This document shows positions 15,001 to 30,000 of a stretch of 64,000 nucleotides of DNA, piece after piece. This DNA comes from Desulfurivibrionaceae bacterium (GTDB lineage Bacteria > Desulfobacterota > Desulfobulbia > Desulfobulbales > JAGXFP01), in contig JAWOIQ010000210.1 in the NCBI GenBank assembly GCA_046484585.1, positions 12,238-76,237 on the forward strand, written 5' to 3'. Below the pieces are notes generated by a model. That model was given only the letters and a program-made list of their open reading frames with translations. It searched no databases and was not told the DNA's origin. The translations under genes and the position numbers were made by a program. Each line of letters begins with the position of its first letter. Positions within the stretch are counted from its first letter, which is position 1.

Positions 15001-18000
15001 AATGAGAAGCGGAGTGATGTAAGTATCGCAAAGACCGCTTATTTGAGTGAGGAGGCTGTTAATCTCTACACCTCTCCTAGTGCTGATGATGTTACAGGCG
15101 ATATGGCGGTTGTTCCCGCCCTTTCGGGGAGCGGTAATGACCTGTTTTGGGTAATAAACAGGCGAAATGGCGGCTATATATTACGGAATCAGGCCAAGGT
15201 TCTGCACACCGAGTTTAAAGGGTCCCTTGAGCAGCTTAAATTTACCGGCAGCGGCCTGGCGGCTCAGGAGAGGGACGGAAGTAATCGTACTCTAATGTAC
15301 TGGCCAATAATTGGCGGTGAACTGGGTGCTGCTGTAAAACAAAGAATATTGGGCGATTTTGTCGGAGTCAGCGGCAATATTCTGTTTACCCGCCATGGCA
15401 ATCTTTTTGATGGTTATCAGGTGATCGATCGGGGTTTTGTCCCCTTTGTCGGCCGCTTGATCAATGAGCCTGTTCGTGATGCCATGGTGGATGCCGATCG
15501 GCTCTTTATCCTAACCGAGTCCGGTTTGGCTGTGTATAGAGTCTCCGGCGACTCGTTTTATGAGTTGCAGGAAGTATTCTATACGGGCGTGGCGGATGCG
15601 GAGGAGTTCTTGGTTAAGGGTAACCGCCTGATCACCTGGCGGGAGAACTTTGTTACCAGCTACCAACTCATGGAAGATGGCTCTTTAATTGAGTTGAGCA
15701 CCATTGATTGTGGCGGACCGGTCTTACACGCCTTTGCGGATGGCGAATTGATTTGGCTGCTGACCGATGGACCTTTTGCCGATCAAACCTGGCGGGCCTA
15801 TCGTGATGATGAGCTTGTGGGGCTATTGGCTGACGGCTCCGATCGGTTGGCATTTGGCGGCAACAAGCTTTACAGCAGAATGACGGGAGATAAATCCGAC
15901 GCGATAGTAGTTCGTTCCACAATCGCAGTTTCGCCGGCAGCCATATTTGCTCCGACCTTAATTGAGACACCGCAGGGGATGTTGGTTGGTAATGTCATCG
16001 AGGCGGATACCATAGGTGGCGAGAGCATTGCGTTCTTTAACGATGCAGGTCAATTTTTACCAGCGCAACCTGTCTGGCGAGAAGGGAAGCAACAGTGGTT
16101 TATATCGCGGATTGGGCTGGATTCGTCAAACATAAAAATTGTCAGAACAGACCGGGGAGGAAGGACCGATCAAAGTGTCCTGAATATAAACACTGCCTCT
16201 AGTACTGTTATTGATCGATTATTGCCTGAAGACAACACCTCATTAGTCAATGGTGGATGGGTTCCGGCGACTTTGATCTATTCCGCCGACACCAGGATCG
16301 ATGAGGCCAAGGTGCTATTTAGCGGGCAGGAACGCCCGGTCACTAACAGTTCCGAGCTCCGATCCTTCCAGTGGCTTGATATCCCAGAGTCTGGGGCCGA
16401 TGCAGTCTTAAATGTGGTTGTTGACGCTTTTGAGATGGCTGCTCACAATCTGACTTTTGTAGACAACGATCCGCAACTCGAGGGAATAAATCTTTTTCAA
16501 CCGGCACCTAACGAGTCTTTTACCGAAGGGGCCATGCTCTCGGTCGAATTCAGGGCTTCACAAGAAAGCGGTCTTGCTTTCAAATATACTGAAATCTGCC
16601 TGCTTGACAGTAATAGAAAGTTGCTCGACCGACGTTTACTGGCAGAGTCGAGGGGAGTAGTGGACTTGCGTTTGCCGGACATTGAACAGCGTGAGAATAT
16701 ATTTGTCCGGGTTCGGGCCTATTATGGTCCCAATTTTTATTATAGCGAGGCTGAAACGGGAATTCGGCTCTTCCCGGAGTTGAGGATTCCGCCCGTGGAA
16801 ATACAAGGTGTCGGCAACCGGATCATGATCGGATCGTTGCTTGAGGCCTGGATCGGCTCGCAAATTCCTGAAGGCATGGGAGCGAGGCTCGCTCTTTCGG
16901 ATGGGCAGGGTAATCTTCTTGTGGCCGGAGAACAGCGGGTTAGCCATCTTGTCTCCCTTGATACCCAAGAGCTTGTCTTGACCGCCACGGTCTCCGACGG
17001 TTTGGGCAATAGCCAGACAATCGCCAAACAGATCCATGTAATCAACCCCTTTGAATTATCGGAATTGGCCGCCACCCGGAAATTCCAGAAAGGTTTGCCA
17101 TCCGTAGGCAACGCGTGGTTTGCCTCCGGCCGCTCACTGTATGACATCGATAACAATCTGCAAGTAAGCTTCGATACATATATCAATGCCTTGGATTTCC
17201 TGGGCGACAGGCTGATTCTTTCATTGAAGGATATCGGGCTGGTAATTGTTGATCCCACAAATGATTTCCTGGAATTAAGCCGGATGCCCATGAGCGGCGA
17301 GGTAACGGATCTTGCCGTGTCCGCGGACCGGCTTTTGGCGGTGATCGCGGGGGAATTACATGGGTTTGCAATTTCAGGCAATGCTCTCGAAAAAGTAAAG
17401 ACCGTGCCGGTAAGCGGCATAGTACGGGAGGTCCGTTCCAGAAAAGGCCGATTTGTAGTGATCACCGGCGAAGAAATGCTGCTGGTAAATGAAGAATTCA
17501 ATGTGAATTCCCGTCAGACCGGCAACTTCACCGCCGTGGCTCAATCATCCGGAAACCTCTTTGTCTCAGAAACCACCGGCAAGCTTCGGGTCATCAGCGA
17601 CGATTTTGCCTGGGTCAAACAGTTTGAGTTGGATGTTCAGGCAGACAGGTTGTTGATGTTGCAAGGATATCTGCTGGCTTTATCCGCGGACACGGGAAAA
17701 ATAAAGGTTCTTGATATATTTGATCCGCGCAACCCGGAAGTGATAGGCTCTTTTTCCGTTTCGCTTGGCAGTGATGCGGGAGAAGCCATCATCAGTGAAG
17801 GCAAACTGTGGATCGGCGGCGAAAACAGCCGTGTTTTCGCCCTTACCCGTAAAGAGAGAACTCCTGCAATACTTTACGAAAGCGTAAGGCCGCGCGGTAA
17901 TGTCCGCGATGTAAGTATTGGTGAAGGAAGTTACCTGGCGGCCGCGGATTCATACGGCGCCATTAATCTGGAACGGATCACCGATGGATGGCAAGAGGCA

Positions 18001-21000
18001 GTTTATCCCGGTGCTTACACTTCATCTATCACTAAAGCAGCGGCATACGATACCGCTGAATATTTCCTGAAGTATGACCAGCAAGCGGTAGTTGCCCCTG
18101 ATGAAAATAAAAAATCGGAAGTTGTTATTTTCAAAGGGGCTCCGTTCGAACATATTGCCGTCTCCGAGAGCAAAGTCGTTGCCGCTGCCGGTCCCGACCT
18201 TTACATCAGAAAGCGCGATCTCTCGGGAGAAGTGAGCATATTTTCAATAAGTCAGGGCAATAACATCATTGCCTTGGCAGCCGGCGGAGAAACTATTCTG
18301 GCCAGTACCGATAACGGTACGGTTTACCGGGTGGATGTTGGGGAATTCCCCATAAACATCAATAATGTAGCGATCAGGCCGGTCATCAACAGTGGTGAAC
18401 CGTTACGTCTTATCGTTTCCGACGGAGATTATCTTTGTTACGCCGATGGGATTAACCTGCATCGCCTCCGCCTGGTAGATCAAAACGATGATTATATCCC
18501 CATGCCCGGGAATATCGATGCCATAACTTTTGCGCCCGGTGCGGTTTGGGTTGCGGTGGGCGCCGATGTATACCGGATTTCAACCGATAGTGCCTGGCAG
18601 CAACTCCCGGTTGCCGTTCTCACCGCCAAACACAAAGTTACCTCCCTTGCGGTACGCCATAACAAACTGCTTATTGGGCAGGGTGCATACGGACTGGCTT
18701 TGCACGATCTGTCCCTGCTGGCGATGGATTCATCTCCGGCCCTGATAAAACCCAGATTTGACAGGGTTTTTGTCCAAACCGAAACAATTCCTTTACAATT
18801 ATTATCAGCCGAAGGCATCAACAGCGTTAGATACCGGGTTAATGGTAAAATTGTTGCGGCCACCAGTGTCCAGCCTTTTGTTACCAGTGTTTCCGTGCCG
18901 GCAAATTTACGTAACGGCCAACCTTTCGAAATTGCCGCGGAGATCGAAACGGTCTGGGGGGAGGTCCATTCGTCCTCCGCTCGCCGGGTGATGCTCCAGG
19001 GCGAAGGTCTGCCGGTCAATCTGTTTACCGTAGAATTGCTCACCGACAATGAATATTTGCCCCGGCCTCTCGAAATGCGGGCTCTGGTTCATAACAGCAG
19101 TCAGCCGGTGTCCCAGGTTGAGTTTTATTATAGCGAAAGCATGGCCGGGTCCTATGAGTTGATCGGTACCCATTATGGTCCCGAGTATGTACTTGATAAG
19201 AATTTCGCCCTTGAAGTTGATGGCGATTATCTCAAGGTGCGCGCCATTGATGTCTATGGCAACTTCACGGAATCGGTGCCGCAGAGGCTGAATCGGTTGA
19301 CCGACCCATTCAGGCCCAGGGCGGAGATCAATATTGATGGCCGGCTGATTAACGGCCATCCCGTTATCGGCCAACCTTATAATGTAGTCGTTACTTCTAG
19401 CGATACCGGTAGCGGGGTGGAGATGGTCCTGTTGTACCGTGACGGACTTATTGTCGGCGCGGCCTTCGGCGGTAATGATTTGATATATGCGGAGGCAAAT
19501 CCCCAATCCGGTGCAACTTATACATACACGGTTATCGCGCAGGACGGGGCCGATAATCTTCGAGAGGTTGTCAAGTCGGTCACGGTTGAAACGGATAATT
19601 TCCCCGATCCCCCGGTAATCGATGGTGAGACAAGCGTCAGGGAGCAGGACGGTTTTGCTGTCCGGATCGATGCGACTGACGATTTGGGAATAAGTCGGAT
19701 CGATGTGCTCTGGAACGGGCAGACGATAAGCCGTGAATTCAGCGGAGAAAACCGAACCGAGAGCATCTCTTCCCTGGTCATCCCTGATTTGAGGACTCTG
19801 AGATTGGGTAACCAGGTCACTGAACCATTGGAGGTCACGGTTACCGATATCCGGGGACAGCGGAGCAGCACGGTCAAGGATATAACCGTAATCCCCGATC
19901 TCGCCCCCGATTGGAACTCGCTGGTAATATCCACTCCCGAATATGGTTTCTTCGGCTCATTGGTCAGGGCGGAGATTTCAGGCTTTTCCTCGGCGGATGA
20001 CGGGAATATGCAAGATCTAGCTGTCTCCGTGATTGATGTTACAACAGGATCGCCGAGTGAAATCGAGAGACGGCAAATTACCGGTGACAGTATGGGCTTT
20101 TCGATGCGGACCCAACCCGATGATAATAATGGGGATATATTCCGCTTTAAATTCAGGTTGATGGACGGCTTGGGCCAAATGGCCGAAAGCGGGGTCCACA
20201 CCGTATCGTTAAGTCAGATCCCCAATGAGATCCGTTTCGTCGCCGGAGGTGATCCGGCTGTCAATCCCGATTTCGCTAAAGTCGCCGAGCAGATGCCGTT
20301 GCGGGTCCTGGTAACTGATTCGGCCTCGCGTCCGGTACCGGAGCAGGAAGTCAACTGGTTCATAAAGTCAGGGCCGGGCGTCAATGATGAAATGCTTCTC
20401 GGCTCATCGCTTACCGATCAAAACGGCTACGCGATCTTCGATTTCGATACCGATCGGGCTGCCGGGGAATACAGGGTCCAGGCCTCCCTGGCTATCTTTG
20501 ACAGCGTTTACGGCATCCACGATTTTGAACTGTTGACCGGGGAGATTCAGCATCTGGTCTTCGATCATGTTTCCCCGGTTGTTGCCGGCCATGTATTCAC
20601 TTTCGATCTCCAGGCTCTGGACAGCGGCAATAACCCGGTCTATACGGCCAATGAGGAAATAGTCACCCTGACCATGCCTGATCCCGGTTTCAACTTCGGG
20701 TTTGCCGATAATCTGACCATTACCAGGATGTTGAATAATGAAGGCTATTATGTTGAACAGGCAGACATTAGATTGATTAACGGCAAGGCTACCGTCCCGG
20801 TTTCAGCCGCCGAAAAAGTGAACGATTATCCGGTCGCAATCAGCTTTGCCGACGGCAGCGGCCTTTTCGCCATGTACGATCATGACGGTCTGGAGGTAAC
20901 GCCGCTTGAGGAAAGTGATGTAATCAACGTTCGGGTTCTTCCCGAGGCGCCTCATGGCCTGGCTTTTTCACAAAAGGGCATGACCAATAAGGAACTCGGT

Positions 21001-24000
21001 GATCCCGAACGTCTTGAAGTCGGCGAAACATCAACCGTCGAGTTGATCTTGACCGACCGTTACGGCAACCTTGTCACGACCGTGTCTGATTCTTTTGGAG
21101 TTCGAAGTAATGCAAACTTCTTGATCGATGTTTCGTTGTCCGGAAACGCCCAGAGCGAAGGAAACAGCGGAACCGTTACCTTGGATATGCAGCGCGGCAT
21201 GGCCGAACTGCCGGTAACCGACGATACCGTCGAAGAGGTTGCGATTTCCGTGGCCGCTGTCGATCCTCTCCCGGAATCACTGAATGTCCAGGCGAGCATT
21301 AATCTTAACTTCCTGAAGATGCTGCCGGCAATCAGTCAAACCGAGTTCGCTTCGGTGACCGATAATATCAATCCGCCGCTGGTCCTTAATTTCACGGAAG
21401 CAGTGGAGGAGACCGGCAGTGCGCCTGTATCGGTCAAACTTGACGGGACGGTTGTCGACGGTTCCGTTGCGGTCGACGGTGCCACGGTTTCCTTTACCGC
21501 TGCAAACAATATCGCCTTAAATAGCTGCTACACTGTCGATACGACGGGATCCACCCTGGTTGGGGTGGCGGCGGAAGATAAGCCGCTGGTGCAGAATCTT
21601 ACAGTCTGCAGCCCTCTGGTTGCAATACCGCAACAGGGACAGCCCTATCTTTTGGCCGGAACCGAAAAGGCAATCGATCTCCTTTTCGGAGATGGAGTCG
21701 ATCGGCAACAGATCACTTCGGGCGAAGCTAATCTCGATGGCGTAACCTATCCCTTTGCCTGGGAGACCGGTGCCTTCACGACTCCGGACTTCTCCGGCAG
21801 TGTTGAAGACGGGACGCTTGCTTCCCTGACCCTTGCGGGGGACTATTCAGGCGCTTCGCTTCGGGTGGCAAATTCCATTACCATCCGTATCCTGCTTTCC
21901 GGTCATGATTTTGACGGCGACGGTCTCTTAAATGAATTGGAGATCAACCTCGGTCTTGATCCGACTAAAATGGATAGCGACGGCGATGGTATTGTCGACG
22001 GCGATGAGGACCAGGATGGCGACGGCCTGACCAATGTCGAGGAATTGGCCCTGGGTACCGCTTTGGATAACAGCGATTCGGATGGCGACGGCCTCTCCGA
22101 TTATGAGGAGGTCAAGCAATACCAGACCGATCCTTTGGCAGTTGATAGTGACAATGATGGTGTTGATGACGGTCTCGAGGTAAAGACCAACAATGATCCC
22201 AATAATGCAGGTGGGGATGTCGATCTCGCAGCCTGGGTAACCGGCGTTACTGTAGCCCCGGAAACGATCGAGGTGGCCTACTCACGAGTAAGTCCGCCCG
22301 TTGTCAATCTCCAGGTCACTGCCGACCTGACTGTGGACGGCGCAACCTATCAGATCGACGTAACCGAAGAGCGTTTCGGTACAACCTACAGCAGTGGTGA
22401 TAGTGCTATTGTTCAACCTTTGACGGATGGAGCTTTCCAGGTTGTAAGTGATGGTGAAACGACTATTTCTGCGTCCTTGGCCGGTTTTGCTGCAAGTTCT
22501 CCTCTAAGCGTCTTACCGTCTCACGAAGAGGATATACCTGTCAGACTTGCTCCGACTAGTACACCGCAAAAACTCTACGCTTCTTCCGATACTGGCGGGG
22601 TGTGGCTTGAAGTGACAAATGCTGTGCCGTTTATCATCAAAAAAATCGCCGTGGATGGGATAAATATTCCCATAGTTAAGCAGGACGGAATTTTGGCTGA
22701 TTACAGTGAGCTGCCTGTCTCGACCGATCCGGCATTGCCGGGTGTCGTGGCTCGGTTGCTAAGTCCCGCAAGCAGTTCGGAACTGGTGTCCGGGGATTTT
22801 CAGGGAAGTTATGAAGCATACTTGCCGGCGGATTTCAGTCTGGGGGCTGAAATAACAGTTGCAGAAATAAATGAAGCTGTGGATCTTCCCGCCTTGCTCT
22901 TAGTTTCATTTACCCAGGGTGTTCCGGCAGATATTCAGGGCATTATAAGTGTGACAATGGATACTCTGGGGACTTATGAAAATACAGTTGTGGAAGTCCT
23001 GGTTCCGGTTGAACCGGATCCGCAAACTGTTGCCATTGTTGATCCGGCTATACCTGAAAGCCTCGATATGCAAGTTGGTGAGGCACTCGATATTCCACTC
23101 GTAGTTCAGGATCCTGGATTCAATAATGTTGAAGTTCAGTATTTGCTCGATGGGGAACCCTTGCAGCAGAAGGTTGTTCCACCCTATCCAGCCATTGGGT
23201 TGGGAGTGGAGAGAAAGGTGAATCCTAACGTTGTTGAGACATTCTATGATCCAAATCCCGCCACTGTCTTTAATAGTGAAACTTTAATCCCTGAATATAA
23301 CAGCGGTCTCAATTTTAATAACTGGGGAGCCCTTGTTGAATGGTCCTTCCTGAGGTTTGAGATCGAGGAAGCCGGTTATTACAAGATTGGTTTCAACAAT
23401 TCTCAGGTAGCGGTAAAAGTCTACGGGGTTATCGCATCGGGAGAGTTCGATTGGGGCCAGGTTCTATTAAATGAGACTTATGGCTATTCCCATTCTCTTT
23501 TTCTGCCCGCCGGTAATTATGTAATTGCGGTTGCCCCCCGTTTTTCAACCTATGATTACCAGCATTGGCCCCCGAACAATTTCCCTGAGCCTTTTATAGC
23601 ATGGGGCGGTGTAATGGGTACCATGGGGGATCAGTCGATAACGATCCTAATCGATGCCGACCCTGCCGGCGGCACTTCGGGTGGCGAAGCTTCCAGCAAT
23701 ATAGACCCTGTCCGGTTGGAACAGGCCCAGAAAATCTTTAAACGCTATCTGCCCAGGCGTAAGGTCGATTTGAATCTTTCTTATCAGGAAATAAACCGGG
23801 TTTATATCTTACGTGATCGGGATATAGGTAGTCATACCTTAACCGTTAAAGTCCTTGAACATACCTTTGATGGCGTGCGGGAGTCGATAGCAAGAGACTA
23901 TAACCTTAATGTGACCGAAGCTGCTTCCGCCCCTGCTTGCAGCTCCATTTCAGTGGAAACCGTAAAGCCGCAAGAGGGTGAGGTTCTGTATGTCCGGAAT

Positions 24001-27000
24001 TCCGATAACCTTGCCACGGGCGATTTTACCAATTTCACCCCGGTAACGATTAAGGCCAGTTCTCCTTCGGGTATTGCATCCGTTGAGTGGAGCAATGCCC
24101 CGATCACCTATAATTTGCAGTTGCCAGAGACCTTTCCGGTTGGTTTGCCGATGCTCGAACTCGGTGAATATATCACAGCGTCAGATGATCAATACAAAAT
24201 TGATAAATCGATTGGAGGCGGTTCTGAGGTAAGAGCTGAATTTAAGAAGCCATTCGGCCTTCATGTCGATAGGCAAGGTACTTATCGGTTTACGGTTGAC
24301 CACCAGAACAGCGATGTGACCAGCAAATTGATAATTTATAGTATAGCCGGCTGGACAAATGAAGTAGCGATGGTTGAAGGGGGCAACGTCTACGAAATAG
24401 ATATAGCCGCAGGCGATTACTATCTATACGTCGCAACCGAATATGCGGGAGATGGATCATCATCGCTGGGTATCTCTAACAGGCTTCCCGTATATCAATC
24501 ATTCGAGGCCGCAGTCGAAAGGGATTATAGTGATTATGCAAATTTTAAGATCATGTTGGAAGAAGTTTCGGTCTCTCCAGAGCAGTATTATCTGGAAGGA
24601 AGAAGTTCACACTTGGGATATAGATTAGATACAGTAGATAATGCCTATTTTACCTTGGCCAATCCTGCCGCTTATCTCGCGATTCAGCGCACCGGCCTGA
24701 CGGAACTGGAATTTACCGTCACCAGTAATTGCGGAGCGGTCAGCACCCATGTTGTTCCCATCGAGATCGTTCCTGATCCCGCACCGCAAATCTCCATTCA
24801 GAACAGTAGTAGTTTTGAGAGGATGGCTCTTGGCGAGACGAAGACTTTGCAAGTTCTTATCGAGGATGCCGGGCGGGATGTGTCGAATATCGGCGCTTTC
24901 CTCTTGCCGAGAGATTGGGCTCCTGAGAACGAAAATTATGTGGGGCAGGAGATTCAGCAGGCGGGTATGCTTTTGTCCGGTTATGCTCTGGCCGATTTTG
25001 ATATGGCACAATCCCTCGCCAAACCATGGTCACAGGAGCAAGATTCATTCAGCTTCCGGCTGCCGACCTATACCCCACCTGATGTCGCTTTTGGTGAGTA
25101 TGATCTTCGTATTCTTGTAAGGGAGGAGAATGGAGATGTCTACTTATCTGAACCGCTTAAGACCAAGATAGGTCCCAGCAGTATGCCGCCGCACTTGTTT
25201 GTGGAGTCTTTGCCGGCGCATGTTCCTGCCGGTGAGGCTATTCCCGTTTCGTTCAATGCTTCAAAATTGGGCAGCATAAATAATGTAACGGTAACTGCTA
25301 CCGGCTCTGTGCCAGGGGGATTTTTCATTGAACAGATCTTTGGTGACGACGGTTATTCTCTTGAAGGTAAGATCCTGGTCCCTGTAGCTGAATATGCAAT
25401 TGAGGGGGACAGTGTCAATATTACAGTAACCGCAGAAGACAGTAATGGAGTTAAGACATCCGCCGATTTTACAGTAACGGTTGGCTTCTGGGGGCAGGAA
25501 ACTCTTGTGATCGACATCGATACCACGGCTGATAATTCTTTCAGCTTCAATAATGTTGTAGTCAGAAACGGAACCGTTCTAACCATCCTGGATCCAAGCA
25601 TTAAATTGAACAGTATCGACATTGAGAGTGGTAGTGAAGTAGTGATTCCTGGGACGACCACTCATGAACAGTCAATTGCGCCAAACTTTCCTTTTAATTT
25701 GCGTGGAACAGGCAAAGTGTATAGTTACTATTATAGAAGTTACTCTTGGAGTACCCCAACGTATAGTTATACCACGGTTCCTAGTGGATATTTCACAATT
25801 CCGGAGACAGGGGAATATACAATCGAATTTACCAGTTACTTTGATGCGGAAATCTATCTTTACCGTGATGATGGCTCTCTCGATAGTTCTGATCTTATTC
25901 TTCATAATGATAATGCTTCCGGATCTCTGTTTCAGATAGAAATCGAACTGACTGCTGGAAACTATTTTCTTGCCGTAGGAGCATCTCAGGTCACGCTCAG
26001 TGAGATTATAAGCGGCAAAAGCTATAGTCCGGGACTGGAGGGCGGTAATTTCACATATGCCGTTTTTTCGGCAAGCACTTCGGCAAGCACTTCGGATTTT
26101 CCTTACGACACATCCACCTTTGAGCTTAAAGATCATTTGCGGATCGATCAAGGGGCAATATTGACCGTTGAACCACCTCCGGCCTCATTCAATCGGAATG
26201 GAATGGATGCCGATGGTGGCGTTCATGGCGGTGATTCCGATAATTTTGAAGCTTATGGTGATTTCCGCAAGCCCCGGTTTCCCGGCGGATCGTCCGGGGT
26301 AAGAGAATATTTTGGCAGCACCAGTTGGAATTCGTGGCCTGGAGCTGCAGGCGGAGGTTCCTTGCATATTGCAGTACCTGTTCTGAATTTGAACGGAACA
26401 ATTGCCGCCGATGGCCGGAGTTTGAGCGCTGATGATACGTTCAGCTTTAACAATGGTGTCAGCTACCTTGGCGGAGGTGCCGGCGGCAGCATCCAGGTTG
26501 AGGCCAGTGTTATTGACGGCAGCGGCACAATTCGGGCAAACGGCGGTGATGTGTACAACTACTATCAAAGATCAGGGGCTGGGGGGCGTGTTGCAGTTTA
26601 CTACGATACATATGATGGCGGTTCGATTTATGAAGGATTGACCCTTGAAGCAAAGGCCGGTACAGCGATGGCAGCACATTATCGAAATGGTGCGGGAACA
26701 GTCTTTACGAAGCATGTGGCTCAACAGTATGGCGAGTTGCATATCGACAATGGCATGGATGCGGTCGGCAGTGGCACTACTACTCTGCGGTCGATTGGCA
26801 AGCACATCATAGCAGATGTCCGTCCTACTGCGGTGGGAAACAGATACCGGATATCTATTGATGATCCAAACGGGTTTTGGGAAGAATACGAACCTGTCTT
26901 CTGGCAGCTTGGCGCCCGGGGGCTTTTCGTCAGTCTTGACGCCGAAAATATCGATGCGCCGTTGTATGAAGTCATCGATAACGGCCGGGATTATCTTGTA

Positions 27001-30000
27001 GTCGAATCTACTGAAGATTTGACCGGTGTGGTCGGTAATACAATGCAGGGCGTAATTCGCCTTGACAAATTGGTAACAACGGAAGGAGTTCGGCTCAAGA
27101 CCCTGGATCGTATCCATGCCGATACTTATCAGATTTCTGATTACGCCAATGTGAGGGGGGTCGCGGACCTTGACACGACCGAGTGGATAAATCTTAATGA
27201 TTTCTCCTTGGCAGACGATTCGGTCCTCTATACCCAAAATATAGAAGCATCAAGTATGACCCTCACCAACGGTTCATTGTACTCAATAGGTGAGATTGTT
27301 GTCTCCGGTGATGTGAATGTGACCGGGGTCGGGGGCAACAAGTTGATGGCAAAGAAGCTGACCGTTGATGGTGATGTGGATATTGTGGACGCTTCTCTGG
27401 AATTAGGGATTGACGAGAAGTTCTCTGTGCAAGGCAATATGTCTATTCGCGGAGAAGCTGCCGATGGCTCTATTGTCACTGTTCCGGAAGCTGATATCAG
27501 CAGTAAATTTATTTATACGCTGGATTTGAATGTTGCCGGGCAGCTCAACATAACTGCTTATTCTAAGATTGACCTTAATGGCAAAGGCTATCCCGGAAGA
27601 TATAAGGTCGGTTTTATCCCTTACTATGACGAAATTGCCGACCACCATATTGGTGATTTTACTGAGGTTAGTTTTGCCGGAGCGGGAAGCGGAAAAGAAA
27701 GCGGAGCAAGTTATGCCGGCGGCGGTTTGTTGCGGGTCAAGGCTGGAGATATGACGGTCGATGGTGTGGTTCAAGCCAATGGGGTGGGATATAGATATTC
27801 AGCAGCCGGCGGCGGTATCCATTTGGATGTCTCTTCACTGAGTGGTACAGGTCAGATTATGGCTAATGGCGGTTTGGCTAGTCATTATCTGGATAACTCT
27901 TCTGGTCCCGGCGGGAGCATTAGCGTCGTTTATGATAATATTTCCTTTAATCAGACCAACTTTCAAGCCCATAGTGGAGTAATCTATAATAGTACAACAC
28001 GTAACCACGTTAGGGGGGCGGCTGGAACGGTTTATTTAAAAGAGAGAATGGCAGAAGGCGGTCATCTCATTGTGGATGGTGACGTTGGTAATGGAATTCT
28101 CTCACCCTCGTTTAATACGGAACTTAGAAGTGTCGGTCAGCATCAAATTACCGAACTTCTGAGTCGTGGTAACGGAATCTGGCGGATTAATCTGGCGGAA
28201 AATCTACCGTTGACTGCTAACAGTAGTGATGGTCTAGGTTTAATTGGTCTTGTTGTCGATCTGAATGCTGCCGATTATGAAGGTCCATTTTATACGATTA
28301 CCAATAACGGAGATGATTGGCTGGAAATCGATACAGGAGGAACTTCCTTATCTGCCGGTTTTGTTGGACAGGAGCTAATCGGCGTTACCAACTTAAGTGG
28401 ATTGACTCTTAAAAATGGCGCTAAACTCAAAACGCTGGATCGCTTAGTCATTTCCGATTTGAGCAAAGTTGAGGTTGATGGGAATACTGAGTTAGTCTTT
28501 GGTCAAATGGAAGGCTTGGAAGATGTGAGCTGGCCGCAAAACTATAAACTTATTGTCTTAGGAGACCAACAGGTCTCCTCGTTAGTAATTACAGATATGT
28601 CGTTGACTGTAGCTGGACAGCTTAGTGTTACGGAAGATTTTGAAATTTTTGGGACAAATTCGAATTTCAGTGCAGATGAAGTTGTCGTCGGAGGCAGCTT
28701 CAACATTGACGGTTCAACCGCAACCGTTAACGATAGCCTCGATGTCGCAGGTAATTTGACGGTTGCAACAGATTCGATGCTTAACACGGATAAGATCGCT
28801 GTTGCCGGTAATTTCCTTATTGATAGTGCAACTGTGGTTTCCTCTGATATCAGAGTAACCGGTGAATCCGGCTATTTGAAGGTGCTTGGTTCCGGTAAAC
28901 TTACAGTTCCCGATCCTGAGGATGATAAAATCTATCCTCTCAATTTAGAAGTTACGGGAGAGTTGTATATCGATGCTAATGCCGCCATTGACCTTGATGG
29001 TAAAGGCTATCCTGAAGGTCATACAGTAGATTTCATTTCTAATACTAACACAGGCCAAGGAGGTAGTTATATAGGTCACGGTGGAGGGTATTCACAATCA
29101 GCTAGTGATTTAACTTATGGAGACTTCGCTGAGGCAAGTTTTGCCGGATCTGGGAATACGTATAGTTCTTCTAGTGTTATAAAATCTGGTGGTGGCTTGG
29201 TGCGAATTAAAACCAAAGAAATGGCCGTCTTTGGAGTGATTACAGCAAATGGTTTGAGTGATTATACATCCACAGGGGCAGGTGGCGGCATTCATTTAGA
29301 GGTTTCCTCTCTGTCAGGCAATGGAATGATAACAGCTAATGGCGGATATCCTAAATATGGTTGGTATAAATCCGAGGTGAAAACGGGATCTGGTGGGATT
29401 ATCAGTGTCGTTTACGATAATATCTCTTTCGATCAGGCAAATATTCAAGCATATGGTGGAGGTTACACGAATTCAAATGATCCCCAGGCAGTTGGCGGGG
29501 CCGGTACCGTTTATTTAAAAGAAAGGGTGACGGATGGCGGCCATCTTGTTGTTGACGGCGGCTACGGGTTAAATACTGAGCAATGGACTGAATTGAGAAG
29601 TATAGGCCAGCATAAGATTAGTGGCTTGACAGACCTCGGGGATGGAACTTGGCGGATTGATTTGGCGGATGACGGACAGCTGCCGCTTGCCAATAGAATC
29701 GACGGTCTTGGCATGCGGGGCCTTGTTGTCGATCTGGATGCTGCCGATTACGAGGGGCCGTTCTATACGATCACCGATAGCGGCGATGATTGGCTGGTTA
29801 TCGATACTGCCGGCGGGTCTTTACCTGATACCATTATTGGTAACGACCTGATCGGAGTTATCAATCTAAGCGGATTGACCCTTGCAAACAGCGCTCGTCT
29901 CAAGACTTCGGATCGTTTGGTAATACCAGATCCCGGGAAAGTGGAGATTTCTGAAGGTACCAAGCTGGTATTCGGACAGATGCCTGGCTGGGATAAAGTT

